From a virus: a stretch of DNA of 64,000 bases. Numbering within the stretch: the first letter of the stretch is position 1; every line of letters begins with the position of its first letter. Both the position numbers and the translations under genes were made by a program. A model generated the notes under the pieces. It made no database searches, was not told the DNA's origin, and worked only from the letters and a program-made list of their open reading frames with translations. Positions 30,445-40,924 of this stretch are shown here, one piece after another. Where the stretch lies: the IMG/VR virus record IMGVR_UViG_3300032893_000028, positions 9,972-73,971 of that record; one strand, 5' to 3'.

Positions 30445-30655
30445 CGAACCTGCTCCGCCAGCTCCAGCGCGAGCGCGTACAGCTCCGCCTCGTACGTCTG
30501 TGCTGCGTCCGTCGCTGTTGAATGCACGAGTCGATAAGCTGTCGCGCGCAGCTTCCGCGCCGTGTACTCCAGCGGGTTGTCGCGCGGCAGCTCGCGTCGC
30601 AGGATGGATAGCAGCACGCGCGCGGTGGCGTTCGTCTTTGCATCAATGCTAGTCA

Positions 30656-30656
<1 letters not shown>
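30429..30656 (-). CDS. Hypothetical protein (MTSIDAK...)
   Basis: Coupled to neighbours. Confidence 0.5.
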
Positions 30657-31588
<932 letters not shown>

Positions 31589-31858
31589 TTTCGTCTCCCC
31601 GTTATCCCACCACGTACGATTTGCGCAGATATTCCCCACCGCGGCGGTCGCCGCGCGGCCCGCACCACCACGAGACACGGCTTTCGCACTCGGGCACGAG
31701 CGGCAGGAGCGGCTCGATGAAATCGTCGCGCTCGGGCTCCAGCGCCGGCAGACCGCCGCCCATCGGCGCGCGCTTGGCCTCGATCACCCGCGTCTTGTCG
31801 GCCCACATGCCCGTTACATCGGGCGTTGCGCCCATGACTTGAGTCTCGAACGACACGG

Positions 31859-32077
31859 CTAGTCCGCCTCGTCGGCGCCCGGCGCCTGCCCGAGCGTCAC
31901 CGCGAACCCGTCCTGCGTGCCGTCCTCGACTATCATGTAGGACGATCCGCGACCGCGCAGGAAGTCCCAGTATTCCTCCTCCTGCACCGTGGCCATCCGG
32001 TAGGGCTTCCCCGTGTGGAAGTCGTAGAGCCAAGTCGCCGCCGTCGTCTCGCTCATGTCGCCCTCCGTCGCGCTCAT
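31859..32077 (-). CDS. Hypothetical early protein
   Basis: ATG 7 nt after the -10 of promoter copy 4. Confidence 0.55.
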   Translation of the reverse strand: MSATEGDMSETTAATWLYDFHTGKPYRMATVQEEEYWDFLRGRGSSYMIVEDGTQDGFAVTLGQAPGADEAD

Positions 32078-32084
32078 GAACTCC

Positions 32085-32127
32085 ACGTTACGCGCGCGGC
32101 CCGAGTTAGTCAACAAAAATCTTTTTA
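32085..32127 (-). promoter_or_regulatory. Promoter motif copy 4 (TTGACT-17-TAACGT)
   Basis: AGATTTTTGTTGACTAAC. Confidence 0.7.
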
Positions 32128-32194
32128 TTCGAGGGTCGATTTGACCCGCAGCGCGCAAAAGCGCTATCCTCGCGTCTATATAGGGGTGAAGCAC

Positions 32195-32911
32195 ATGCTC
32201 GACCAGTTGCACGCCTACGCGGCCCTCCACTGGACGCTGATCATGACCATCGCGGGGGTCTGGATCTTCGGGGCGACCGTCGTCGCCCGCGGCTGGCCCA
32301 AGCCGCCCGCCACCGCGCCGTGGTACGTCCGCGCCGGACACTTTCTCTTCGTCGACCTGCCGTCGCTGGCGGCGACGCTCAACGGCAAGACGTGGATGGG
32401 CCTGACCGTCTCCATCCCCTTCGTCACTTGGACCGTGCGACCCGACAAGACCGAGGAGCCCAACGCCCGCACCAAGGACGGCGGCTTCGTCGTCCAGGGC
32501 GTCCTGCTCGTGGTGGCGCTCGTCGGCGCGCTCCTGCTCTCAGCGGCGCTCCTGGCGGGCTGCGCCCCGGGCACCGACGGGCTGCGCCAGGCGTGCGCGA
32601 CCGAGCAGCGCGCGCTCTCGGGCGCGTATGAGTCGGGGGCGGCGTGGTATCGGGCCAAGATCCACGCGGCCGAGACGCTGGCGAGCACCGACCCGAAGTC
32701 AGCCGCGGCCGGGCTTGAGGCCGCCAAGGCGACGCACGACAAGCTGCGCGCGACGCTCGCCGCCGCCGGCGCCACGGCCGAGACGCAGTGCAAGCTCGCC
32801 AACGCCATCGACGCAGGCGAGAAGCACGACGTCAAGGCCCTCATCGCCTCGGTCGGCGCCGTGACGGCGCAGATCGCCGACGCCCTCACCTCCATCTCGG
32901 GAGCGCTCTAA
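32195..32911 (+). CDS. Membrane protein with internal lipoprotein-like segment (lysis module)
   Basis: N-terminal TM segments, then 'GGFVVQGVLLVVALVGALLLSAALLAGC' and a helical C-terminus; upstream TTGACC-18-TATCCT. Confidence 0.55.
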   Translation: MLDQLHAYAALHWTLIMTIAGVWIFGATVVARGWPKPPATAPWYVRAGHFLFVDLPSLAATLNGKTWMGLTVSIPFVTWTVRPDKTEEPNARTKDGGFVVQGVLLVVALVGALLLSAALLAGCAPGTDGLRQACATEQRALSGAYESGAAWYRAKIHAAETLASTDPKSAAAGLEAAKATHDKLRATLAAAGATAETQCKLANAIDAGEKHDVKALIASVGAVTAQIADALTSISGAL

Positions 32912-33127
32912 ATGGACCCGGCCACCGAGGCTCTCATTGTTGCCGCCATCGAGGGGCTCATCAAGATCATCCAGGACGAGGTCGCCAACCGATCGGCGGT
33001 GCACGACGCTGTTCTGGCCAACCTCCAGGCCGCCCGCGCCGCACTCGCCTCGTCCAAGGCGGACGACGACGCCGCGGCGGCCGAGGGCGAGGCGGAGCTC
33101 AAGAAGATCGAGGAGCCCGCTCCGTAA
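32912..33127 (+). CDS. Small helical lysis-module protein
   Basis: 71 aa between the membrane protein and the endolysin. Confidence 0.55.
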   Translation: MDPATEALIVAAIEGLIKIIQDEVANRSAVHDAVLANLQAARAALASSKADDDAAAAEGEAELKKIEEPAP

Positions 33128-33672
33128 TGGGCGTCGCCGACGCCATCCCGGCGGCGGTGCCGTACGGGCTCGCGCAGATCGTCGAGGTTTACGGCGACCC
33201 CAAGGTGCGCTGGACCGGGACCGAGTACGATGTCGACCGCGCCTGGGAGTCGCGCTCGATGACCTCGCTCGCGCACGGCTTCATCCCCAACGCGAGGCAG
33301 GAGATCTACTGCCACCGCCTGTTCGCGCCGCTGCTCGGGCGCCTGCTCGACGCGTGGGCCGCGCGCGTGCGCGCCGGCGACCCGTACCGCCTGGTCAAGC
33401 TGGCGTGCTTCAACCCGCGGCTGCAACGCGGCGCCGACCCGGGCTCGCAGCTCTACTCGACGCACTCGTGGGGCATCGCGATCGACGCCAACGAGGACAC
33501 CAACCGCCTGATCTCGCCCTGCCCGCTCGGCGATCCGCGCCGCGCGGTCGGCCCGCTCAACGACCTGCCCGAGGCGTGGCTCGACGACGCGCGCCGGCTG
33601 GGCCTGGTCTGCGGCGCGGACTTCAAGAATCGCAGCGATCGCATGCACATCCAAGCGGCCGCGGAATACTAG
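33127..33672 (+). CDS. Endolysin, M15-family peptidase
   Basis: 'FNPRLQR', 'STHSWGIAIDAN', 'DRMHIQ'. Confidence 0.85.
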   Translation: MGVADAIPAAVPYGLAQIVEVYGDPKVRWTGTEYDVDRAWESRSMTSLAHGFIPNARQEIYCHRLFAPLLGRLLDAWAARVRAGDPYRLVKLACFNPRLQRGADPGSQLYSTHSWGIAIDANEDTNRLISPCPLGDPRRAVGPLNDLPEAWLDDARRLGLVCGADFKNRSDRMHIQAAAEY

Positions 33673-33818
33673 CGTGATAGCGCGCGGCAAATTGTCGCAG
33701 GTCGAGCGCGAACCCAACGCGCCGGAGGATGAGGCGGATATGGCCGATACGAACGAGGAATTTGCTATGATGGTCCGCGCGGTGCACGAGTTCAAAACCG
33801 CGCAACAGGAGCGCGCCG

Positions 33819-34244
33819 ATGGCGGACGAGTCGACGACAGACGAGAAAATTCTTCAGCGTCTGTCGACGCTGGCCGACCGCCAGAAGCTCACCGCTAGGT
33901 CCGTCGCCGACCTCGCCATCGGCCTCAACACCTTCTCGCGCCAGATCAACCAACGCCTCGACAAGATCGAGGGCGCGCTCGTCGTCCTGCTCGGCGTGCC
34001 CGCCAAAAAGCCGCGCCGCGACACGCCCGAGAGCACCGACAAGTTCAAGCTCCCCGCCGGCGTCGAGCTCCAGGTGCCGCGCGCCACCACCAAGAGCGCC
34101 ATCGAGAAGGCCGGCAAGTACGTCTTCTACGTCCTGCTCTTCCTGCTCTCGCACCTGGCCAACTGCCTCGTCAACCACGCGCACTGGCCCGCGGCGCTCG
34201 AGCCCAAGCGGGCGCCCGCGGTCGCCGCGCCGGCTGAGCAGTAG
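33819..34244 (+). CDS. Coiled-coil membrane protein (possible lysis accessory)
   Basis: CAGGAG SD; C-terminal TM helix; TGCTATGAT upstream. Confidence 0.55.
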   Translation: MADESTTDEKILQRLSTLADRQKLTARSVADLAIGLNTFSRQINQRLDKIEGALVVLLGVPAKKPRRDTPESTDKFKLPAGVELQVPRATTKSAIEKAGKYVFYVLLFLLSHLANCLVNHAHWPAALEPKRAPAVAAPAEQ

Positions 34245-34285
34245 AGTAGATTCCTGTTGACAAACGCCCCCGAGCGCGCGATGTT
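34244..34285 (+). promoter_or_regulatory. Promoter motif copy 5
   Basis: AGATTCCTGTTGACAAAC upstream of the HTH gene. Confidence 0.6.
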
Positions 34286-34293
34286 GCTCGGAA

Positions 34294-34605
34294 ATGGGTC
34301 GACCTCGGACGAAGCAGGACAACACGGCATTCGGGCGCTTCCTCGACGGGGAACGCCTCGGCAAGCGCGGCGAGCCCGTGCAGACCGCCGACAAGATCAC
34401 CTACCAGGATGCGGCCGAGGCCCTCTGCCTGGCGCGCGGCTACGTCAACCAGCTCGCCTCGGGCGCGGTCCTGCCCGGCCGGGCGCTCATGTTCCGCATC
34501 GAGGCGTGGGCGAAGTCGCGGGGCGGGGACGTGTCGGTGAGGAGCTGGGCGCCGCCGGCGCCGGCGCCGGCGATCGCGCCCAAGAGGAAGCGGAGGCGGG
34601 CCTAG
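34294..34605 (+). CDS. Cro/XRE-like HTH regulator
   Basis: 'TYQDAAEALCLARGYVNQLASG..LPG...FRIE'. Confidence 0.75.
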   Translation: MGRPRTKQDNTAFGRFLDGERLGKRGEPVQTADKITYQDAAEALCLARGYVNQLASGAVLPGRALMFRIEAWAKSRGGDVSVRSWAPPAPAPAIAPKRKRRRA

Positions 34606-35126
34606 CGCTCCCTCGCCTGCCGCAGCGCCCACAGGCCGATCGCCACCGCATCCCAGACGTTCTCCGCCAGCTTCTTGTTGACCCGCCCGCGCGAGCCCGG
34701 CAGCTCGACGCGCGTCAGTTCCGCCGGCGACAGGTCGCGCTTGGCGCGCTCCATGTTGACCGACTTCTCCGCGCAGCCCCACTCCTGTGGCAGAACGATG
34801 CGCGACGGCGCGCCCAAGCGCCCGACGACGGTGCCGACGACCACCGCCACGTCGATGAGGTCGGAGGCGTCGCCGCGCTTGGCGCGCCCACCATAGACGC
34901 GCTGGCGCTCGATGACGACAGCATGCGGATTTCCGTCTTCATCGTTAGGACGATAATCCCACGCGAATAGATAAACAGAATAGGCCATAGATTCGACGAC
35001 GTCGGCAAAAGAGGCGTTTTGATCGCTATTACCTAGCCTATATGCAGCGCGGACAAGTTGGCCATCGCGCCATAGGGCGCAGCCGCAGCCGCGCAGGCCG
35101 GGGTCGACGCTGAGGAGGGTGCTCAT
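34602..35126 (-). CDS. RuvC-like Holliday junction resolvase
   Basis: 'SVDPG', 'VIERQ', 'PQEW', 'DAVAIG'. Confidence 0.75.
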   Translation of the reverse strand: MSTLLSVDPGLRGCGCALWRDGQLVRAAYRLGNSDQNASFADVVESMAYSVYLFAWDYRPNDEDGNPHAVVIERQRVYGGRAKRGDASDLIDVAVVVGTVVGRLGAPSRIVLPQEWGCAEKSVNMERAKRDLSPAELTRVELPGSRGRVNKKLAENVWDAVAIGLWALRQARER

Positions 35127-35371
35127 CGCGGAATCCGCATGGACACTAGGCCATCCCCGTTCACATCTTGGTATAAGGGCACCGTGACGGCGACGAGGGC
35201 CAATACACCACCATCCGGCGTTCGTATCGGCGGTCTATCGAGGAAGCCCACGTAAGGCCCGGCATCAGGATCAAACGAGACGGCGCGCGCCTCGACGCCG
35301 TAGACCGATTGGTCCGTGAAGAACGGTAACGACGCCTCGTCGTAATCGAGTAGCTCGAAGAAAACTAGCAT
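35123..35371 (-). CDS. Hypothetical protein
   Basis: GAGGAGG SD, ATG 35371. Confidence 0.5.
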   Translation of the reverse strand: MLVFFELLDYDEASLPFFTDQSVYGVEARAVSFDPDAGPYVGFLDRPPIRTPDGGVLALVAVTVPLYQDVNGDGLVSMRIPR

Positions 35372-37476
35372 GCGATCCTCCTCGCTTCCCCGCGCCCGGG
35401 GTCGTGCACCCAGCGCGTTTTGCCCTCCGCGTCCTTGACCGGCATGACCGGCAAGTGCGGGGCGTCCTTGATCGGCTTGGCGCCCTTGTGCCACCGCCGC
35501 ATGAGCACGAACGTCGAGCCCGACGGCACGCGCGGGAACCACTTGGCCAGGCCCTCGAGCACGACGGCCTGCTGGCGCCAGCCGCGATCGCCCTCGGTCC
35601 CGTTCTCGGGGTGCTCGAGAATGGGCTCGTCATGGAGGAACATGACCGGCCGCGAGCCGACCAAGATCGACCGGCCCGCGTGCGTGCAATCGCTCGAACC
35701 GCCGTGGCGGTGCGCGCTCGTGCAACGGCCCGTGTAGCACTCGTCCCCGAGGCGGAAGAGGATCTCCTTCATCGCGTCGGCGACGCGCCCTTGGAAGAAC
35801 CCGTTGGCGATGGCGGTGAAGCGCGCGCCGCCGCGGATGCGGCCGGACATGAGCTGGCGCACCGTGGCCAGCCGCTCGCCGCCCATCATGTCCTCGATGC
35901 GCTTGAAGTAGGGCCGGTTCTCCGGCGCGTACTCGAACCACGCCTCTCGGATCGCCTTGGCCTTCGCCTCGGCCTTCCTGCGGTCGACGTCGAACCACTT
36001 GAGGAACTGCGCGCGGTCGAGCTGGGCGGCGGCGTAGGCGACGAACACGCGCGGGCCCAAGCCGCCGAGAAAGCCGTACTGCGGGATCTTGGCGAACTGG
36101 CGCGCGTCCTCCATGTCCTTGTCGCCGGCGCGCACGGCGGCCTGGAGCGCCTCGGGCGTAACGGTGCCGACGATGCTCGCCGCCAGCGCCTCATGTGGGT
36201 CGGGCCCGCCCGACTGCTTCCAGTGGACGATCGTGTCGGCCGTCTTGGACCAGCCGAGGAGGTCGAGGCAATTTTCGGCGTGCGCCACCAGCTCGATGGC
36301 ATCGGCGTCGGTCGAGCAGAAAAGGTAGCCGTCGCGCGGCACCACCGCCGGGCGCACATCGCCCTTGCGCGGCGGATTCTGGATGTTGGTGCCCTCCTGC
36401 CCCTCGGAGCCCGACGAGGCCGTGCGGCCGGTCTCGACCAGCTCGACGTAGCGGCAGCACACGGGCCGGTCGACGGCGGCGCGCAGCACGGGCCCCCACT
36501 GGCCGAGGTGCTTGGCGAAGGACATCGACTCGGCCAGGACATGCAGGGCCGGGTCGTCGGTGAGCAGCAGCGTGTCAGCGTCGGTCTTGACCTGCCCGTT
36601 GGGGAACTTGCCCGACGGCGGCGTCATCGGCACCTGCGCGCCCTGCGCCTCGAGCGAGGCGACGACGCGGGCCATGATCTCCTTCATGACCCGCTGAGGC
36701 GTGCCGTTGGGGTTGCGCTTGAGGCCGCCGGTCTTCTTGTCGACCTTGAAGATGCCGGTGTCGTCGAGCGCGTCCTCCATCTTCTCGATCTCGGCGCGGC
36801 AGTGGCGCTCGAAGGCCTCGACGCGCTCGCGCTCGGCGCGGATGCCCCACATCGACATGAGGTGCAGGACCCAGGCGGCGCGCTGCTGCTCGGCCTGGTT
36901 GGGCAGCTCGCCGAAGTACTCCCGGATCGCCTCCTCCTGCGCGTCGTGCACGCGCAGCGCTTCGACCGCGTCGGAGACGGCGTAGTCGACGGCCTCCTGC
37001 GGCCACTGCTCGACCGGCACGCCGTCGAGCTCGGAGTAGCGCAGTCGCCAGGTGTCGACCTTCTCGAGGTGCTCGTCGAAGTAGAGCTCGACCAAGTCGC
37101 CGAGGCCGTACGTCGCGCGCGCGACCTTGCCGCGGTACCGGCGCCACTTGCGCATGCCGAGCGCGATGTCAAGGAGCTTCTGCTTCGTGGAGGTACAGCG
37201 CACGCGCCCGGCGGCGTAGGCGTCGAACACGAGCGGCACGAGGTCGGGGTCCTCGGCGCAGACCACGCCAAGGTCGTAAGGGAGGTTGTGGCCGACGAGG
37301 GCGACCTCCGGGTCGAGCAACCACTGCCGGATCAGCTCCAGCCCGCGATCGCGGAGCACGACACCGGTGGCGGCGCCGGTCAGGTGCGGGATGGCGAACG
37401 ACAGACAGACCATGCGCGGCGCGAGGCACCCGGCGCGGATGAGGTGGGTCTCCGTGTCGAACGCAACCAGCTTCAT
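35365..37476 (-). CDS. DNA polymerase family A with 3'-5' exonuclease
   Basis: 'AFDTET', 'GHNLPYD', 'YAVSDA', 'TGRTAS..NIQNPP', motif A 'DADAIEL', motif B 'RQFAKIPQYG', motif C 'LHDE'. Confidence 0.9.
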   Translation of the reverse strand: MKLVAFDTETHLIRAGCLAPRMVCLSFAIPHLTGAATGVVLRDRGLELIRQWLLDPEVALVGHNLPYDLGVVCAEDPDLVPLVFDAYAAGRVRCTSTKQKLLDIALGMRKWRRYRGKVARATYGLGDLVELYFDEHLEKVDTWRLRYSELDGVPVEQWPQEAVDYAVSDAVEALRVHDAQEEAIREYFGELPNQAEQQRAAWVLHLMSMWGIRAERERVEAFERHCRAEIEKMEDALDDTGIFKVDKKTGGLKRNPNGTPQRVMKEIMARVVASLEAQGAQVPMTPPSGKFPNGQVKTDADTLLLTDDPALHVLAESMSFAKHLGQWGPVLRAAVDRPVCCRYVELVETGRTASSGSEGQEGTNIQNPPRKGDVRPAVVPRDGYLFCSTDADAIELVAHAENCLDLLGWSKTADTIVHWKQSGGPDPHEALAASIVGTVTPEALQAAVRAGDKDMEDARQFAKIPQYGFLGGLGPRVFVAYAAAQLDRAQFLKWFDVDRRKAEAKAKAIREAWFEYAPENRPYFKRIEDMMGGERLATVRQLMSGRIRGGARFTAIANGFFQGRVADAMKEILFRLGDECYTGRCTSAHRHGGSSDCTHAGRSILVGSRPVMFLHDEPILEHPENGTEGDRGWRQQAVVLEGLAKWFPRVPSGSTFVLMRRWHKGAKPIKDAPHLPVMPVKDAEGKTRWVHDPGRGEARRIAC

Positions 37477-38613
37477 GTACGATCTTCAATGGGCTGGAAC
37501 TTACGAGGATCCTTACCGCGCGATCGAGCCGCGTCTGCACACGTCTTGCAAACGTTACTGTAGATGCCCGTCAGGACTGTGCAGGGGTCTTGGAGCACGC
37601 GCCCGCACATCGCTACGCGCGTCGACCCGGCCCATAAGAAATGGAATTTGCGCTTCATCGAATCGCGTGCTCCTCGTCGGCTCCGACGCAGCGGCCGTGA
37701 TGTAGCTCGGTCGGACGCTGCTCGTGGACGATCTGGGCGACGCGCGCGCCCTGCTCGCGCGACATACCGTCGCGGGTGCCAGTGAAGCCGACGATCACGT
37801 CGCCCTCTTCTTGCGCGCCTTGATCGCCGCCGCGCACTCCTTGCAGAACGGTCGCTCGGCCATTTCGAGGTTGTAGCCGGCGCCGCTCTTGCGCTTGGCC
37901 CTCTCGTTCTTGGTCATCTGGCACTTCTTACACAGCTTCATCGAATGCTCCTCCGACACGACTAGCACCCAACGCGAAGCGCACTCACGATCGCATCCAA
38001 GCAATCGTTACACGCCACGAGGCGATCTCCTTTTAGGGCGGCGTATGCGGCATGATCGATATTCTGGAAAGTGAATTCCAGCGGTTGAACTACACGTTTG
38101 CACCACGTCTCATGCTTCTTGTCTTCATGCGTATGCTGAACGCACTTGATCCATGTGGGCCGATTCATCGGATCGCGTGCTCCTCGTCGACGACGTAGCG
38201 GCGCTCGAGCGCGCGGCAGGCCGCCAGCGCCTCCTCGGCCGCCAGCGCGCGACGCTGGAGCCGCTGCACGTCGTAGCGCACCGGCTCGAACCACAGCCAC
38301 GTCATGAACGCCCCGAGCCCCGCCGCGCCGACAGCGAGCAGGCACAGCGTGCCGAACAGAACCCAATCCGCGGACGACATCGCTACCTCCTGCCGAACTT
38401 GGGGAACGCCCCGACCGGCGGCGACCACGCCGCGCGAATCTCGCTCTTCTCGATGAACTCGTGGTTGCGCGACGAGTTGGACCTGCGCTCGCGCTGGCGG
38501 ACGAGCGACCGCGCCCGGCGCAGATGCTTAGGCTCGGCCTCGGGCGGGCCGCCGTGAAGGCAGCGCTCGCCGGGGACGCGTGGGAGGCCGCAGTAGCAGG
38601 TCGACTTGCTCAT
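37473..38613 (-). CDS. Run of six small coupled ORFs (37473-37658, 37655-37798, 37795-37941, 37962-38168, 38165-38380, 38383-38613), several with CxxC pairs
   Basis: Overlapping start/stop codons and GGAG-type SDs. Confidence 0.55.
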
Positions 38614-39152
38614 CCATCCACCGTTCCGCAGATACCACAGAACGGACCGAGTAGCGTCCGCTTGCCGGCGTCATAGTCCTTGTGCCACTGCGCCCGGCAT
38701 TGGCGCTGCGCCACGCGCGCTCGCTTCCCCGTGCTCCCCGTCCCCTTGGCGCCGCGCGCCGAGGGCGACAGCTCGTCGACGACCGTCAGGCGTACCCCGG
38801 GCACGCGGGCGAAGAGCATCTGGCAGCAGCGCTCGCCGGGCTGGACGTCGTAGGCGCGGTCGCCATGATTGAAGAGTAGCGCCTTGACCTCGCCGCGGAA
38901 GTCGCTGTCGATCGTGCCCCAGAACTCGACCACGCCGTCGTCGAACGCCAGGCCCGAGCGCGGCACGATATGCGCCACCCAGCCCGAGGGGACCTCCATC
39001 GCGAACCCGAGCGGCACGACCGCGCGGCAGTCCGGGTAGACGCGGATCTGTGTCTCCGCCGCCGAGCAGCAGTCCAGCCCGGCCGCGCCCTCGGTCATGC
39101 GCTCGGGCAGCCGAGCCGTCGGGCGGAGAAGCTTGATGCGGACGTCGATCAC
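38610..39152 (-). CDS. dut: Trimeric dUTPase with C-terminal extension
   Basis: AGLD, PRSGLA, GTIDSDFRGE, GERCCQ, RGAKGTGSTG. Confidence 0.9.
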   Translation of the reverse strand: MIDVRIKLLRPTARLPERMTEGAAGLDCCSAAETQIRVYPDCRAVVPLGFAMEVPSGWVAHIVPRSGLAFDDGVVEFWGTIDSDFRGEVKALLFNHGDRAYDVQPGERCCQMLFARVPGVRLTVVDELSPSARGAKGTGSTGKRARVAQRQCRAQWHKDYDAGKRTLLGPFCGICGTVDG

Positions 39153-39334
39153 TTCCGCTCCAGCTCGCGCTTGACCGCGCGCAAGGCCGCGCCGACGCAG
39201 CGCAGACAGGTACGGCAGAGGCGAGCCCGCTGCGATGTGGTCGGAATCATCCAACCTGCGACGAGTTCGCCTTGCTTGCATAGATCGCATACACCATCGC
39301 CCACGTTGATCGTGGTCTGAATCGTGCGAGACAT
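39149..39334 (-). CDS. Small Zn-finger protein
   Basis: CDLC...CRTC. Confidence 0.55.
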   Translation of the reverse strand: MSRTIQTTINVGDGVCDLCKQGELVAGWMIPTTSQRARLCRTCLRCVGAALRAVKRELERK

Positions 39335-39352
39335 CCCCGATACCTCCAGCAG

Positions 39353-39433
39353 TGGGCGCTCGTGGAGTCGAACCACGTCGGCCGAAGCTGCGGCTCTACA
39401 GGCCGCCCCGCGTCCCTAACGGTCTACGCGCCC
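39353..39433 (-). tRNA. tRNA-Tyr(GTA), type II, no encoded CCA
   Basis: Acceptor GGGCGC/GCGCCC + A73; anticodon arm GCGGC-CTGTAGA-GCCGC; variable arm GC-TTCG-GC; T arm CGTGG-TTCGACT-CCACG; D arm irregular. Confidence 0.7.
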
Positions 39434-40050
39434 GGCTGAAGCGGGTTGACCTGCCAGCTCGGTTCAACCTGGCGCCAGACCTCGGCGGCCTGGGCGAACT
39501 CCGTGGCGTTGAGCGCTCGCAGGTTCACGTTGATGAACTGCTGGCCCGTGCGCCCGTCGAGCTTGGGCTTGCCGAGCTTGTCCACCGCCGGAACGCCATC
39601 GGACGCAAACATGAGACCGGTGAAAGGCTGTTCGGAAGAATACGTCTTGACCGTGCCGGGCGTGTCAACGTCGTGGGGCCCACATCCGCAGGCGGCCATG
39701 ATGAACTTGGCGATGCGGCTGTCGTAGCCTTCCTTGTCGGCGCGCTCCATGATCGTGCGCGGGGTGCCGACCTGGACCTTGGGGTTGTTGGTCGCGACCA
39801 CGCGCACTTCCACGAGGTACGTACCAATCTTGCCGATGCGCGTCCTGAAGTACTTGATGCGGTCGACCACGAGGATTTGGGAGCACTGTCCGTCGGTGAA
39901 GAGCTGCGGGTAGCGCGCGCCCCCGGCCTTCTGCGCCGCATCACTCATGTTGGCGAAGTCGTCGTAGCCGTCATCGGCGGGGGCCTGCGCCGCGGCCTGG
40001 GGCGGCGCAGTCTCCGGGGCGGTGGCGGGGCGTTTGTCGAAGATTCCCAT
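39424..40050 (-). CDS. Probable ssDNA-binding / replication accessory protein
   Basis: Position in the replication module, own promoter, strong SD; beta-rich; no diagnostic motif. Confidence 0.45.
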   Translation of the reverse strand: MGIFDKRPATAPETAPPQAAAQAPADDGYDDFANMSDAAQKAGGARYPQLFTDGQCSQILVVDRIKYFRTRIGKIGTYLVEVRVVATNNPKVQVGTPRTIMERADKEGYDSRIAKFIMAACGCGPHDVDTPGTVKTYSSEQPFTGLMFASDGVPAVDKLGKPKLDGRTGQQFINVNLRALNATEFAQAAEVWRQVEPSWQVNPLQPGA

Positions 40051-40088
40051 GCTTGAATTCTCCTGTTTGAAGGTGAAATGTGAAGATC

Positions 40089-40129
40089 ATGCTCGCCTAC
40101 TGGCGAACGTTCGTCAACAGAAATCTACT
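40089..40129 (-). promoter_or_regulatory. Promoter motif copy 6
   Basis: AGATTTCTGTTGACGAAC. Confidence 0.6.
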
Positions 40130-40130
40130 C

Positions 40131-40391
40131 AGTCGTGAACGCGAGGGACGAGGGTAGAACTTCAATCGGCTTGCTAATCACTTGCGGCTCATTTCTCACC
40201 ACTGACCGCTGAGCGCTGTTTCAGCTAAACGCTGACCGCTCGGGTGCCGATGGTTTTTGCCTTGTGAGGGCGTCAATGTATGCCTCGCATACGCACCGTC
40301 GTGCGCGACATCGTCATACTGACCGACGCGCGACCAAACGATGGAGTTTGCCGATTCCGTCGCCCTATCCTCGTCCCTCGCGTCCACGACT
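40131..40391 (-). ncRNA. Candidate structured ncRNA closed by a 27-bp stem
   Basis: 40131-40157 pairs with 40365-40391 (25/27 Watson-Crick); inner AATCGGC/GCCGATT; internal hairpins; AGCGNTC-like short repeats; strand inferred from context. Confidence 0.55.
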
Positions 40392-40398
40392 TCCTGAT

Positions 40399-40899
40399 CT
40401 AGACCAAGAGCGTCTTGTGATTGATCGTCTCGACGGCATCGTTGAGCGCGTCGAATGCCTCTTGCTCGGTGCAGATCATCTCCGTCCGCATCATCTCCGG
40501 GCAGTCGCACACGGTGAGCACCGGAATGTCGGCGTACTGCCCGTTCATCACCACGCGTGTGAGCTTGTTGAGCTTCTTGCTATTCTGCACCGTCAAGCTC
40601 TTCAGCCACACGATGCGCGCCTTGTGCTCCTGCAGCTCCGCCGTGGCCTGCGCCAGCGGCATTTCGCGCTCGCCCACCTTGATCACTGTTCGCGCATTGG
40701 TGACGCGCAGCTGCGATTCGAGCCCAATCAGCTCGACGCGAATCGCGTTGGCGCGCTCCAGCATCGCGTTGAACGCGAACGCCGGAGGATCCGACTCCTG
40801 ATACGTCACCGACGCTGCGGCGCGGTCCAGAGTCTCCTTGTACTCGCCCTTGAGCTTCGCGATGCGCCGAAGTGCCTGCGAGATCGTTTTCCGTTCCAT
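40399..40899 (-). CDS. Long-helix coiled-coil protein (DIP1984/DUF6847-like)
   Basis: 'TISQALRRIAKLK', 'LESQLRVTNART', 'PLAQA', 'LNDAVETINHKT'. Confidence 0.6.
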   Translation of the reverse strand: MERKTISQALRRIAKLKGEYKETLDRAAASVTYQESDPPAFAFNAMLERANAIRVELIGLESQLRVTNARTVIKVGEREMPLAQATAELQEHKARIVWLKSLTVQNSKKLNKLTRVVMNGQYADIPVLTVCDCPEMMRTEMICTEQEAFDALNDAVETINHKTLLV

Positions 40900-40924
40900 C
40901 CCTGTTTACCTCCGTCGAGAAGTC

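Noticed and set aside
40131-40391. Retron msr/msd or group I/II intron
   Set aside because: No reverse transcriptase in the window and no interrupted gene; retained only as an unknown structured RNA
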